Under the pieces are notes generated by a model. The model had not been told where the DNA came from. It saw nothing but the letters and a program-made list of their open reading frames with translations, and ran no database searches. A DNA stretch of 32,000 nt from an uncultured bacterium (lineage in GTDB: Bacteria > Margulisbacteria > WOR-1 > CAVSGV01). The position numbers and the translations under genes are program-made. Positions 10,322-18,571 of this stretch are shown one piece after another; the first letter of the stretch is position 1, and each line of letters begins with the position of its first letter. The stretch is from positions 780,001 through 812,000 of the forward strand of contig OY969425.1 of assembly GCA_963699255.1 (NCBI GenBank), given 5' to 3'.

Positions 10322-10470
10322 TGCCTTTAAATACCAATCTTCAACATAAAACTTCAAACCTCAAACTTCAAAATCCCAGACAAATCTCAAATTCCAACTT
10401 TCAACCCCAATTTTGGGTTTAGAATTTGGGATTTATTTTGATATTTGAAGTTTGGATTTTGGATTTTTGA
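10322..10470. repeat. A/T-rich imperfect inverted-repeat element
   Basis: Left arm AAACTTCAAACCTCAAACTTCAAAATCCCAGACAAATCTCAAATTCC; the reverse complement of the right arm is AAAAATCCAAAATCCAAACTTCAAATATCAAAATAAATCCCAAATTC. Overlaps the 3' end of glyQ. Confidence 0.6.
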
Positions 10471-11347
10471 TCAGCGGGTGCCCCATCGCCTCCCTCTGTT
10501 CAACATAAAGTTTGGCGCAATCCCTTGCCAGTCTCCTGATCTTTCCTATGTAAGCCGTCCTCTCGGTTACAGCGATGGCTCCGCGCGCGTCAAGGATATT
10601 GAACGCGTGGGAGCATTTAAGCACGTAATCGAACGCTGGCAGGACAAGCCTTGATCTTATCAGGTTGACAGCTTCTTTCTGGTAAAGATCGAACAGGCTG
10701 TTCATGATATTCATGTCGGCAAGCTCAAAGTTATATTTGCTGTACTCGATCTCTGATATTTTATGTATGTCCCCGTATTTTATCCCTTTTGCCCATTCGA
10801 CGTCATATACGCTGTCGACCTTCTGGGAGAAAGCCGCGATCCTCTCAAGCCCGTAAGTGATCTCAACGCTGACCGGATTGACGTCAAAACCTCCGCACTG
10901 CTGGAAATAAGTGAATTGCGTTATCTCCATTCCCGCAAGCCAAACTTCCCATCCGACCCCCCACGCCCCCAGAGTGGGCGATTCCCAGTTGTCCTCCACG
11001 AAACGGACATCGTATTTGTAGGGATCGATCTTTATTGCTCTTAAGCTGTCCAGGTAAATATCCTGGATGTTCAAAGGAGAGGGCTTCATTATCACCTGGA
11101 ACTGGTAGTAGTGTGCCAGTCTGTTGGGGTTCTCGCCGTAACGGCCGTCGGTCGGGCGTCGGACAGGATCAACATACGCGACGTTCCAGGGTTCGGGCCC
11201 CAGGACCCTGAAAAAAGTGGGCGGGCTCATCGTCCCGGCGCCTTTTTCCATGTCGTACGGCTGCTGGATTACGCAGCCCTGTTTTGCCCAGAAATTCGAA
11301 AGGTTCGAGATTATGTCCTGGAAATACATGCGGAGTGATTCTAACAC
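10433..11347 (-). CDS. glyQ: Glycyl-tRNA synthetase alpha subunit (start perhaps MYFQD, 11329)
   Basis: [74 protein letters not shown] and [15 protein letters not shown]. Confidence 0.96.
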   Translation of the reverse strand: MLESLRMYFQDIISNLSNFWAKQGCVIQQPYDMEKGAGTMSPPTFFRVLGPEPWNVAYVDPVRRPTDGRYGENPNRLAHYYQFQVIMKPSPLNIQDIYLDSLRAIKIDPYKYDVRFVEDNWESPTLGAWGVGWEVWLAGMEITQFTYFQQCGGFDVNPVSVEITYGLERIAAFSQKVDSVYDVEWAKGIKYGDIHKISEIEYSKYNFELADMNIMNSLFDLYQKEAVNLIRSRLVLPAFDYVLKCSHAFNILDARGAIAVTERTAYIGKIRRLARDCAKLYVEQREAMGHPLIKNPKSKLQISK

Positions 11348-11474
11348 AAGGCAATAGGTTGTTCAAATGCGCTCAAATAATATCAAGCACCTTATAACCC
11401 GGTGACAAAAAGGGGAAGAATAACGTCGGGAAAGTCAGAAATATCAATTACTGGACAAAAAAGCAGCAAAGTAG

Positions 11475-12530
11475 TTATTCGTTAATATGCAGACAATATG
11501 TATTTTCAAATGCATGCCCGGTAATTGAATGAGCAATATCTATACAGCCGCCTTTGCATTGTTCCCCATGTTCACACGTGGAGCATCTTCCTTTAAGAAA
11601 TGTCCTGTCAAAATGCCTCGAATAACAAAATAACTTTGGATCGTTCCAAATGTCATATAAATTTCTTTCTCTTATATTTCCTTCTACATATTGATCCGGC
11701 AGAGAATTGCATCCTTTGATGTTCCCATTGCTTTGGATCCCAAGATTTGATTTGCCGGCCTTACACCCATTCCAATGCATGCAATTAATGGAAGATCTCG
11801 GGAATTTATCGGAAAAATAACCGATATCATCGGCGCCTGCAATGGGGAGTTCAGCGATTGAATATTTTGTTGCCGAATCATGAACGAATTTGGCGATCCT
11901 TAGATAATCATGTTTATCAATGAAATATTCTTCATTAAAGCGGCAACCATTTTTACTGGCTATTTGGACCTGCCATCCGATGCCTTTGCCTAATATAATG
12001 TCCCGGATCAGGGGCATCTCATCGATATTAAGCTTATTGACAGTAGTAATAATTGAAACATTGATCCCATTTTCTTGAAATATTTTAATGGAGCGCATTA
12101 CCTTATCAAAAGAACCCTTAAAGCTTCTGATCCTATCATGAGTTTCAGGCCTTCCTCCATCCAAGCTTAAACCAATCACCTGTGGACCGGTTTTCATGAC
12201 CTTTGATGTTAAGCTTTTATTCCCCGGGAACAAAGAACCATTGCTTACATAAGTTACGCCTAGATCCAGATCTTTTATCAAGCGTGCTATCTCATACCAG
12301 TCCGCTCTTAAAAAAGGTTCTCCGCCGATCAAGGACACCCTCTTGAAACCGATCCTTTTTAGGTCTTTGGCCACGGTCTTAATTTCTTCTATTGATAATT
12401 CATTCGCCCTGTTCGCCCCTGCCGAACTTCCACAGTGCAAACACCTAAAATTGCATAGAAGGGTGATCTCCCAAACGGCGCAATCGGGGGTAATATCTTT
12501 TGAGATGGGTCGGATTATTCTTATCCTCAT
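11475..12530 (-). CDS. Radical SAM/SPASM domain protein (peptide- or protein-modifying type; substrate unknown)
   Basis: 351-aa ORF with CxxxCxxC in EITLLCNFRCLHCGSSAG, SLIGGEPFLR, and a SPASM-like C-terminus NCMHWNGCKAGKSNLGIQSNGNIKGC...YVEGNIRERNLYDIW...GRCSTCEHGEQCKGGCIDIAH...FENTYCL. Confidence 0.93.
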   Translation of the reverse strand: MRIRIIRPISKDITPDCAVWEITLLCNFRCLHCGSSAGANRANELSIEEIKTVAKDLKRIGFKRVSLIGGEPFLRADWYEIARLIKDLDLGVTYVSNGSLFPGNKSLTSKVMKTGPQVIGLSLDGGRPETHDRIRSFKGSFDKVMRSIKIFQENGINVSIITTVNKLNIDEMPLIRDIILGKGIGWQVQIASKNGCRFNEEYFIDKHDYLRIAKFVHDSATKYSIAELPIAGADDIGYFSDKFPRSSINCMHWNGCKAGKSNLGIQSNGNIKGCNSLPDQYVEGNIRERNLYDIWNDPKLFCYSRHFDRTFLKGRCSTCEHGEQCKGGCIDIAHSITGHAFENTYCLHINE

Positions 12531-12545
12531 ATAAAATACCGGTAT

Positions 12546-13523
12546 CTACCTGACGCAGACATTTGTTTTCATCACACGAGAAGCGACAACCCTCAAATAT
12601 CTATTATAATTCTCTTTTATAAAGAAGTCGGATCGAAAGATATTCGTTTTGCCGGCTTTCTTCCCGCTTTCAATAAAAAGCTGCAGATAGTCCTTTGCGC
12701 TATTATAATCCATTTTATTCCCGGCTGTTGCCAGTATGTCCCAGAAACTTTGTTTTGCCAGTTTATCAAGGGGTTCCTTAATGTCGCCTGATATGTCTGT
12801 TTTGCGGGAATCCTTCTTGTAATTCAATAAGAACAATAATGTCTTCGGGCTGACATATTTATAAAAATCAATAAAGGTCCGCAGCATTGTTCCATCCTTT
12901 ACGGACAAATAATCTTCAATGATCTTATTTAAACATGGCATGTCGGAATATTCGATCTTTATGCCCCCGTGCCTGTTTATCGCGCTTATTATGCTGTTCC
13001 TCATATCGGACCGCGCGGAACCGTTTTTTTGGGCGATCACCTGAATGGTTGGCTGGAAAAGTATTTCCTCGGTCCTGTTGGCGCTTGTAACTATAAATCC
13101 GCTTTTTTTCAACATATCGGCCAATAGATCATATGGAAAGCAGAATTTATGGGACATGCCGGGTTCTTCCGTGCCATAGATACAGCAGAGGATATTTTCT
13201 TTGTTTCCCGGTTCGTTTTGCCTTAAGTATTCAGAAAAAGCCTTTTCAATGTCGGGGGTTAAGATCTTAACTGTACCCTTGTCCTTTAAAAGCAAATAAA
13301 GATCGGCAAGAGTAAAATAAGCCTTACAAAATCCAAGGTGTTCAATAACATCCTTAAGCAATATCTCCTCAAAATAATCATGGGGCAGATTGAGCTTGAC
13401 GGCAGATTGAATAAAATCCGCGACCGATGCGGCGGAAATGTCGATATTTAAATAACCTGATTGATAATCAAAACCACAGCCAAGATTAATCTTCCTTGGA
13501 TATTTCTTCGTAAAAGATATCAT
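12546..13523 (-). CDS. SAM-dependent methyltransferase, COG4627-like, with an additional uncharacterised C-terminal region
   Basis: 325-aa ORF with INLGCGFDYQSGYLNIDIS, LLKDVIEHLGF, ILTPDIEKAFSEYL and GTEEPGMSHKFCFPYDLLADMLKKSGF. Confidence 0.82.
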   Translation of the reverse strand: MISFTKKYPRKINLGCGFDYQSGYLNIDISAASVADFIQSAVKLNLPHDYFEEILLKDVIEHLGFCKAYFTLADLYLLLKDKGTVKILTPDIEKAFSEYLRQNEPGNKENILCCIYGTEEPGMSHKFCFPYDLLADMLKKSGFIVTSANRTEEILFQPTIQVIAQKNGSARSDMRNSIISAINRHGGIKIEYSDMPCLNKIIEDYLSVKDGTMLRTFIDFYKYVSPKTLLFLLNYKKDSRKTDISGDIKEPLDKLAKQSFWDILATAGNKMDYNSAKDYLQLFIESGKKAGKTNIFRSDFFIKENYNRYLRVVASRVMKTNVCVR

Positions 13524-14259
13524 CTTTGCTTATGACAGCATACCTCGTTCCTTTTGTATAGGGTTTATCAACTTGCGGGCTATTAACTCCCGCTGATGAA
13601 ATGAAGTTAGGAACTGTTGAAAGATTATAAATCCGTTGGTGCGTTGTGTTGTCAAGAATGTTTATAGTGTCTATTGTCATTTGAAAGCCTTCTTCGGTTT
13701 CAGCCAATTTCACACCCGTTGTATTCACGCCGTCTAGATCATTGGGCAAAGAAAGCTTGGCGGTGCCAAGATCGATAGTATGACCGTATGGAGTAGTGGC
13801 GGTTACGCCAGGAGCAAAATTTATGTAAATATTGCCACCCTCAAGAGAAAACTTTAATCCCAGATTTTTTAAATTGGCTGCAGAATTTACTTCAACAGTA
13901 TAATCATATTTATCGGCAACCTTGCTTCCCCCGGAAATACAGCTCATTATTTCAACGGATGGTTTTAAATATTTATTTGTAAATTTATCCAAAATTTCCG
14001 ATCCGGGCATTTCACCATATAAAGACGACATTATTTGATTTAATTTCGCATCAGTATTATCTTCTAACCATAGGTCCATTAACGTTGAACACGCTTCTTC
14101 CATCCTTTCATTTTCTGGCTTAGAGGTGTTATTCAATGATGCCGATACTTCATTTTTAATCGCTTCAGTATCTTCATCTAATCTGTTGGTTTTACCTTTG
14201 ATCTGAATACCGGATGTTATAGGCTTATTCGATCCAACCTTCATATCACCATTTGTCAT
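13486..14259 (-). CDS. Uncharacterised 257-aa protein, first gene of the radical SAM cassette
   Basis: The ORF track extends to 14298, but AAAAGGAG upstream of ATG at 14259 (MTNGDMKVGSNK...) supports a start there. 3' end overlaps the methyltransferase ORF by 38 bp. No signal peptide and no recognised family. Confidence 0.72.
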   Translation of the reverse strand: MTNGDMKVGSNKPITSGIQIKGKTNRLDEDTEAIKNEVSASLNNTSKPENERMEEACSTLMDLWLEDNTDAKLNQIMSSLYGEMPGSEILDKFTNKYLKPSVEIMSCISGGSKVADKYDYTVEVNSAANLKNLGLKFSLEGGNIYINFAPGVTATTPYGHTIDLGTAKLSLPNDLDGVNTTGVKLAETEEGFQMTIDTINILDNTTHQRIYNLSTVPNFISSAGVNSPQVDKPYTKGTRYAVISKDDIFYEEISKED

Positions 14260-14473
14260 ATTTATCACTCCTTTTAGCGAACGATCAACCTTCAACACTG
14301 CATATTATACCTATGAATTTTATACCTGAACAATGCCCTTGTCAAATAACAGTTGTCTGTTTGGATAATACTCCCTGAGACACCGGCAAAAGCCATTCAA
14401 TCAGTGGAGATAGATCGGGAAAGATCACTCACTCCCTTTCCATCCTTTTATAAATAATGTATAATGCCCCCGT

Positions 14474-14716
14474 ATGCCGTTCTACGATTATAAATGCAAA
14501 GACTGCGGGAAAACCTTCGAGATAGAAAAGGGTATGAACGAAAAAGCGCACCCGAAGTGCCCGTTTTGCAAAAGCTCCCAGACCTCCAGGAAGTTCACGG
14601 CGCCCAGGCGCGCGCCGTCCAAGTCCGACTATCTCGACCACGAGGGAAGCGAACAGAGCGGATCGTGCTCATCCTGCTCGAGCGGGGTCTGTTCCACCTG
14701 CAACACGAAAGGATAA
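14474..14716 (+). CDS. FmdB-family zinc ribbon protein
   Basis: MPFYDYKCKDCGKTFEIEKGMNEKAHPKCPFCKSSQTSRKF, a FmdB-type CxxC...CxxC, with a Cys/Ser-rich tail. Confidence 0.9.
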   Translation: MPFYDYKCKDCGKTFEIEKGMNEKAHPKCPFCKSSQTSRKFTAPRRAPSKSDYLDHEGSEQSGSCSSCSSGVCSTCNTKG

Positions 14717-14720
14717 TATA

Positions 14721-15734
14721 ATGATAAAGGACGCTATAAAAAAAGTAGTAGAAAATACGGACCTTTCAACTGACGAAGCCTCCACAGTAATGGGCGAGAT
14801 AATGCGCGGGGAAGCCACCCCTTCCCAGATATCCTGCCTTATAACCGCGCTAAGGATGAAAGGCGAAACGGCTGACGAAGTAACAGGTTTCGCTTCAAAA
14901 ATGAGGGAACATGCGTTAAAGATAGATGTGAAATTCGGCAACCTTATTGACACCTGCGGCACCGGCGGGGATTTCTCTGGGACGTTCAATATCTCTACCG
15001 TTTCAGCTATCGTTGCGGCCGCCGCGGGAGCCATGGTGGCAAAACACGGCAACCGCTCGGCATCCAGCAAATGCGGAAGCGCCGACGTACTTGAAGCGTT
15101 GGGAGTGAAGATAGACCTTCCCCCCCAAAAAGTCAAAAGATCCATCGAGGAAATAGGCATCGGATTCATATTCGCCCAGACTTTCCATCCCGCCATGAAA
15201 TACGCCGGTCCTTCCCGCAAGGAAATAGGCATAAGGACAATATTCAATATTCTGGGGCCTTTAACGAACCCAGCCGGGACCAAATTCCAGCTGCTTGGCA
15301 TCTTCAGCGAGAAACTGACCGAGCTGATGGCGCGCGTCCTCCAGAATCTGGGATCCACCGAAGTGATGGTGGTCCACGGGATGGACGGGCTGGACGAAAT
15401 AACCCTTACGGACAGGACCAAAATATCCCACTTAAAGGACGGGAACATAAAGACTTATTTCATCGAGCCAAAGGATTTCAGGATGAACCGATACGCGAAA
15501 GAAGATCTCATCGGCGGCTCCGTGAACGATAATGTAAAGATCACGCGTGACATCTTAAAAGGCGTTGAAAAATCCGCGAAACGCGACATCGTCCTGCTGA
15601 ACACGGCCGCTGCCCTGGTGGTTGGCCAGGTCGCGAAAGACATCAACGACGGGATAGCAAGGGCAAAAGAAGCGATAGACAGCGGAAAAGCTTTCAAAAA
15701 GCTTGAAGAGCTGATAAAGTTCACGAACGGCTAA
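14721..15734 (+). CDS. trpD: Anthranilate phosphoribosyltransferase
   Basis: 337-aa ORF with LIDTCGTGGDFSGTFNIST, KHGNRSASSKCGSADVLEALG, FAQTFHPAMKYAGPSRKEIGIRTIFNILGPLTNP and VHGMDGLDEI. Confidence 0.95.
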   Translation: MIKDAIKKVVENTDLSTDEASTVMGEIMRGEATPSQISCLITALRMKGETADEVTGFASKMREHALKIDVKFGNLIDTCGTGGDFSGTFNISTVSAIVAAAAGAMVAKHGNRSASSKCGSADVLEALGVKIDLPPQKVKRSIEEIGIGFIFAQTFHPAMKYAGPSRKEIGIRTIFNILGPLTNPAGTKFQLLGIFSEKLTELMARVLQNLGSTEVMVVHGMDGLDEITLTDRTKISHLKDGNIKTYFIEPKDFRMNRYAKEDLIGGSVNDNVKITRDILKGVEKSAKRDIVLLNTAAALVVGQVAKDINDGIARAKEAIDSGKAFKKLEELIKFTNG

Positions 15735-15737
15735 TAT

Positions 15738-15801
15738 CACCCTGAGCGAAAGCGAAGGGTCTGCCTTAACAGATTCTTCGTCCTTCGGATTCAGAGTGAC
15801 A
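15738..15801. repeat. Palindromic intergenic element
   Basis: CACCCTGAGCGAAAGCGAAGGGTCTG followed by AGATTCTTCGTCCTTCGGATTCAGAGTGACA, whose reverse complement is TGTCACTCTGAATCCGAAGGACGAAGAATCT; the arms are imperfectly complementary. Confidence 0.7.
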
Positions 15802-15817
15802 GGTTGGAGGAGTTAAG

Positions 15818-16531
15818 TTGCATATCAAAACCGATAAACTTATAAAATCTTATCACGGAAGGAAAGTCGTCGACGAAGTCTCCATCGAGGTCGAACAGGG
15901 AGAGATAGTCGGCCTTCTGGGACCCAACGGGGCCGGGAAAACAACGACGTTCTACATGGTCGTCGGCCTGGTCCGCCCGAATTCCGGCACCGTCTATCTA
16001 GGCGAAAAAGACATAACAAACATCCCCATGCACTTCAGGGCGCAGAGCGGCATAGGCTACCTGCCCCAGGAACAGTCGGTCTTCAGGAAGCTGACGGTTG
16101 AAGAGAACATCCTTGTCCTCTGGGAGCTGATGCCGCACATGGCGAACAATCAGGACATCGCTTTGATATTTGAGGAGCTTGGGATCTCGCATCTCAAGAA
16201 AAGAAAATGCTACGAGCTCTCCGGCGGCGAGATAAGAAGAGTTGAAATAGCCAGGGCGCTTGCCACGCATCCCTCGTTCTTATTGCTTGACGAGCCGTTC
16301 ACCGGGGTGGACCCGAAGACGGTATTTGACCTCCAGAAGATAATCGTCATGCTGAAAAAGAAAGGCATCGGCATACTGATAACCGATCACAATGTAAGGG
16401 AAACCCTTTCCATAACGGACCGCGCGTACATTATTCACAAGGGCAAGGTACTGATATCGGGTTCAAGCGATCAGATCGCCGGAGACGAGACCGCGAAAAG
16501 GCTCTATCTCGGCGAAGAATTCAAGATGTAA
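15818..16531 (+). CDS. lptB: LPS export ABC transporter ATP-binding protein LptB
   Basis: Walker A GLLGPNGAGKTTTFYMVVGLVRP, GIGYLPQEQSVFRKLTVEENI, LSGGEIRRVEIARAL and FLLLDEPFTGVDP. TTG start behind GGAGGAG. Confidence 0.95.
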   Translation: MHIKTDKLIKSYHGRKVVDEVSIEVEQGEIVGLLGPNGAGKTTTFYMVVGLVRPNSGTVYLGEKDITNIPMHFRAQSGIGYLPQEQSVFRKLTVEENILVLWELMPHMANNQDIALIFEELGISHLKKRKCYELSGGEIRRVEIARALATHPSFLLLDEPFTGVDPKTVFDLQKIIVMLKKKGIGILITDHNVRETLSITDRAYIIHKGKVLISGSSDQIAGDETAKRLYLGEEFKM

Positions 16532-17619
16532 TGATAAAGATCATCGATCGCTATATATTCAAAGAGCTGTTCGATCCTTTTCTTTTCGGGCTCGGGGCCT
16601 TCACCGCGATACTTTCTGCAAGCATGATACTCTTCGACCTTGTACGTGCGGTCGTTGTAAGGGGCATGCCCCTTCTCACGGCCGTTCAGATATTCATATA
16701 CAGGCTGCCGGGGACGGCGGTTTACATATTCCCCATGGCCACGCTTCTCGCGGCGCTGCTCGCGTTCGGCAAGCTCTCCTCGCAGAGTGAGATAATCGCT
16801 TTTAAAGCTGGCGGAATAAGCCTGTACAGAATAATGGTCCCGGTCCTTACCTTCGGTTTTGTGATCAGCCTGGTTACTATGTTGTGTTATGAAGTCATCG
16901 TCCCGCGCGCCAATCTCGCCGCGACCGATCTAATGATGGTAACACAGGTAAGACAATCGCCCAAGATACAAAAGAACGTCCTTATTCCCGAAGTGGAAAA
17001 TGACACCCTAAAAAGGATGTTTTTCGCGGGATCCTTGAGGGGCGATCTGATGGAGAATGTGGTAGTTGAAGAGTTCACGGACGGAAAACTCTCTCAGATC
17101 ATCAATGCCAAAGAAGCAAAATGGGAAAAAGAAAAGAACACGTGGCTTTTCAAGAACGGGATAATCTATCTCTTGAGCGATACGGGAGAATACAAACACC
17201 TCATCAGGTTCAAAGAACAGTACATGACGATCAAATATTCGCCCGCTGATTTTTACATGGGGGACAGAAAGCCCGAAGAAATGAACATGATCGAACTGAA
17301 CAAATACATACAGCTGAAAAAGAAGATGGGTGAAAGCACTCTTGACCTTCAGATCCAGTATTTTCTCAAAGGGGCGATACCCTTCTCCTGCCTTGTGTTC
17401 GTCCTTCTCGGGGCTCCGCTGGGACTGTCCCCGCAGAGAAGTTCTTCTTCGATCGGGCTTGGGCTTTCTGTTCTGATCGTCGTCTTCTATTACTTCATTA
17501 CATTCGCCGCAATGGCCGTAGGCGAGCTGGGTTTAATACCGCCGATAGCCGCAGCCTGGCTTCCGAACATCATCACGGGAGGCATAGGAGCGTATATCCT
17601 GAACAAATCGGCTCAGTGA
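16531..17619 (+). CDS. lptG: LptF/LptG family permease, likely LptG (YjgQ) by lptB adjacency
   Basis: 362-aa ORF, MIKIIDRYIFKELFDPFLFGLGAFTAIL..., with the typical C-terminal LVFVLLGAPLGLSPQRSSSSIGLGLSVLIVVFYYFI. Confidence 0.85.
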   Translation: MIKIIDRYIFKELFDPFLFGLGAFTAILSASMILFDLVRAVVVRGMPLLTAVQIFIYRLPGTAVYIFPMATLLAALLAFGKLSSQSEIIAFKAGGISLYRIMVPVLTFGFVISLVTMLCYEVIVPRANLAATDLMMVTQVRQSPKIQKNVLIPEVENDTLKRMFFAGSLRGDLMENVVVEEFTDGKLSQIINAKEAKWEKEKNTWLFKNGIIYLLSDTGEYKHLIRFKEQYMTIKYSPADFYMGDRKPEEMNMIELNKYIQLKKKMGESTLDLQIQYFLKGAIPFSCLVFVLLGAPLGLSPQRSSSSIGLGLSVLIVVFYYFITFAAMAVGELGLIPPIAAAWLPNIITGGIGAYILNKSAQ

Positions 17620-17674
17620 ACATAGATATATCCAAGAAGCACGCAAGTTCGCTCTGATATCCTAGTATCTCGGA

Positions 17675-18415
17675 TCAATACCCAAAATCGATCCCAAATC
17701 CTAATGTAAAAGGCGTCCTTCCTGTCTTCGATGAAAATGAAGCGATGACCGTTGGAAATCCTAATTCAAAATATAAATTGATATAAATGTCCTTCTTTTT
17801 CTCAATGGTGCCGCAATAAGCCCTCTTCTTCTTTATCTTTAATACCTGGACATTTGTTCCAACTGACAAATTAACATCTATAAGACCACGCACTGTATCT
17901 GCTCCCTTTTGATCGGACAGATAGTTGGAAGTAGTAGTATAAATAAAATCAGGCCCTGCTTTCACGTACGGAGACACTCTCATGATCCCGGGTGAGAAAC
18001 CCGCGATAACATAAGGGCTGAACCAGCAAGCGAACCTGGTGTAAGGATATCCTTTTGAGGTCTCTGCGGCTGGCCCGGAAGCAGCGTTCCCGGATCGATC
18101 AGGCTGCGCGAAATTCACAACGGTCCACTCGCCCCCAAATCCAACATTATCATTAATCGCTCTTGTTGCCTGTGCGCCATAACCGTACCCCGTCAAAGTA
18201 TAAGGACTGATCACTCCAAAATTATTCAGAATAATTCCATTCATTTTGAAATCGAGCCTGGATGGGATTGCCTGGTCGGGCGGCACAGGCCTCTCAAACT
18301 CTGGCGGCTCGGTTAGCCTCTTGGTTTTGTCTTTCCCTTTTTTGTCATGCCCCTTAACATAAAACATTGAGAAAATAGAACCTGAACTATTATTCATTGA
18401 GATTGGGTCGCTCAT
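17675..18415 (-). CDS. Hypothetical beta-barrel-like protein
   Basis: 246-aa ORF; AAGGAG Shine-Dalgarno. The C-terminal half has alternating aromatic/hydrophobic strands ending FTLGFGIDFGY, but there is no N-terminal signal peptide. Confidence 0.55.
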   Translation of the reverse strand: MSDPISMNNSSGSIFSMFYVKGHDKKGKDKTKRLTEPPEFERPVPPDQAIPSRLDFKMNGIILNNFGVISPYTLTGYGYGAQATRAINDNVGFGGEWTVVNFAQPDRSGNAASGPAAETSKGYPYTRFACWFSPYVIAGFSPGIMRVSPYVKAGPDFIYTTTSNYLSDQKGADTVRGLIDVNLSVGTNVQVLKIKKKRAYCGTIEKKKDIYINLYFELGFPTVIASFSSKTGRTPFTLGFGIDFGY

Positions 18416-18552
18416 TTATTCTCCTTTTTCATTCCTGTTTCTTGGGCCGATCCTGCATTTATATCGATTATATTCTGCGGAGATTTCACTCTATCAAGAA
18501 CATTATTAGGGGAATATAAGGATGAGAAGAATCCCCTCCCGCTTCGCTCGTA

Positions 18553-18571
18553 CCCCCTTTATTAAAGGGGG
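18553..18571. repeat. Perfect hairpin core of a C/G-rich intergenic element (CCCCCTTTATTAAAGGGGG)
   Basis: 9-bp arms CCCCCTTTA/TAAAGGGGG around one T, within TCCCCTCCC...TACCCCCTTTATTAAAGGGGGATGGGGGGA (about 18532-18580). Confidence 0.7.

Noticed and set aside
10322-10470. CRISPR-like or tandem direct-repeat array
   Set aside because: Short words recur (TTCAAA, TCCAAA), but there is no fixed repeat/spacer period; the structure is better described as one imperfect inverted repeat.
14494-14721. Plus-strand ORF in another frame overlapping the FmdB gene
   Set aside because: The 14474-14716 frame has the canonical FmdB N-terminus and Cys pairs; the alternative frame is Arg-rich noise.
18553-18571. 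Hairpin as a simple rho-independent terminator of a flanking gene
   Set aside because: It lies 3' of neither flanking gene in a typical way: it is downstream of lnt (stop 18590, minus strand) but the hairpin is followed by C-rich sequence, not a U-tract. A repeat element is the better description.
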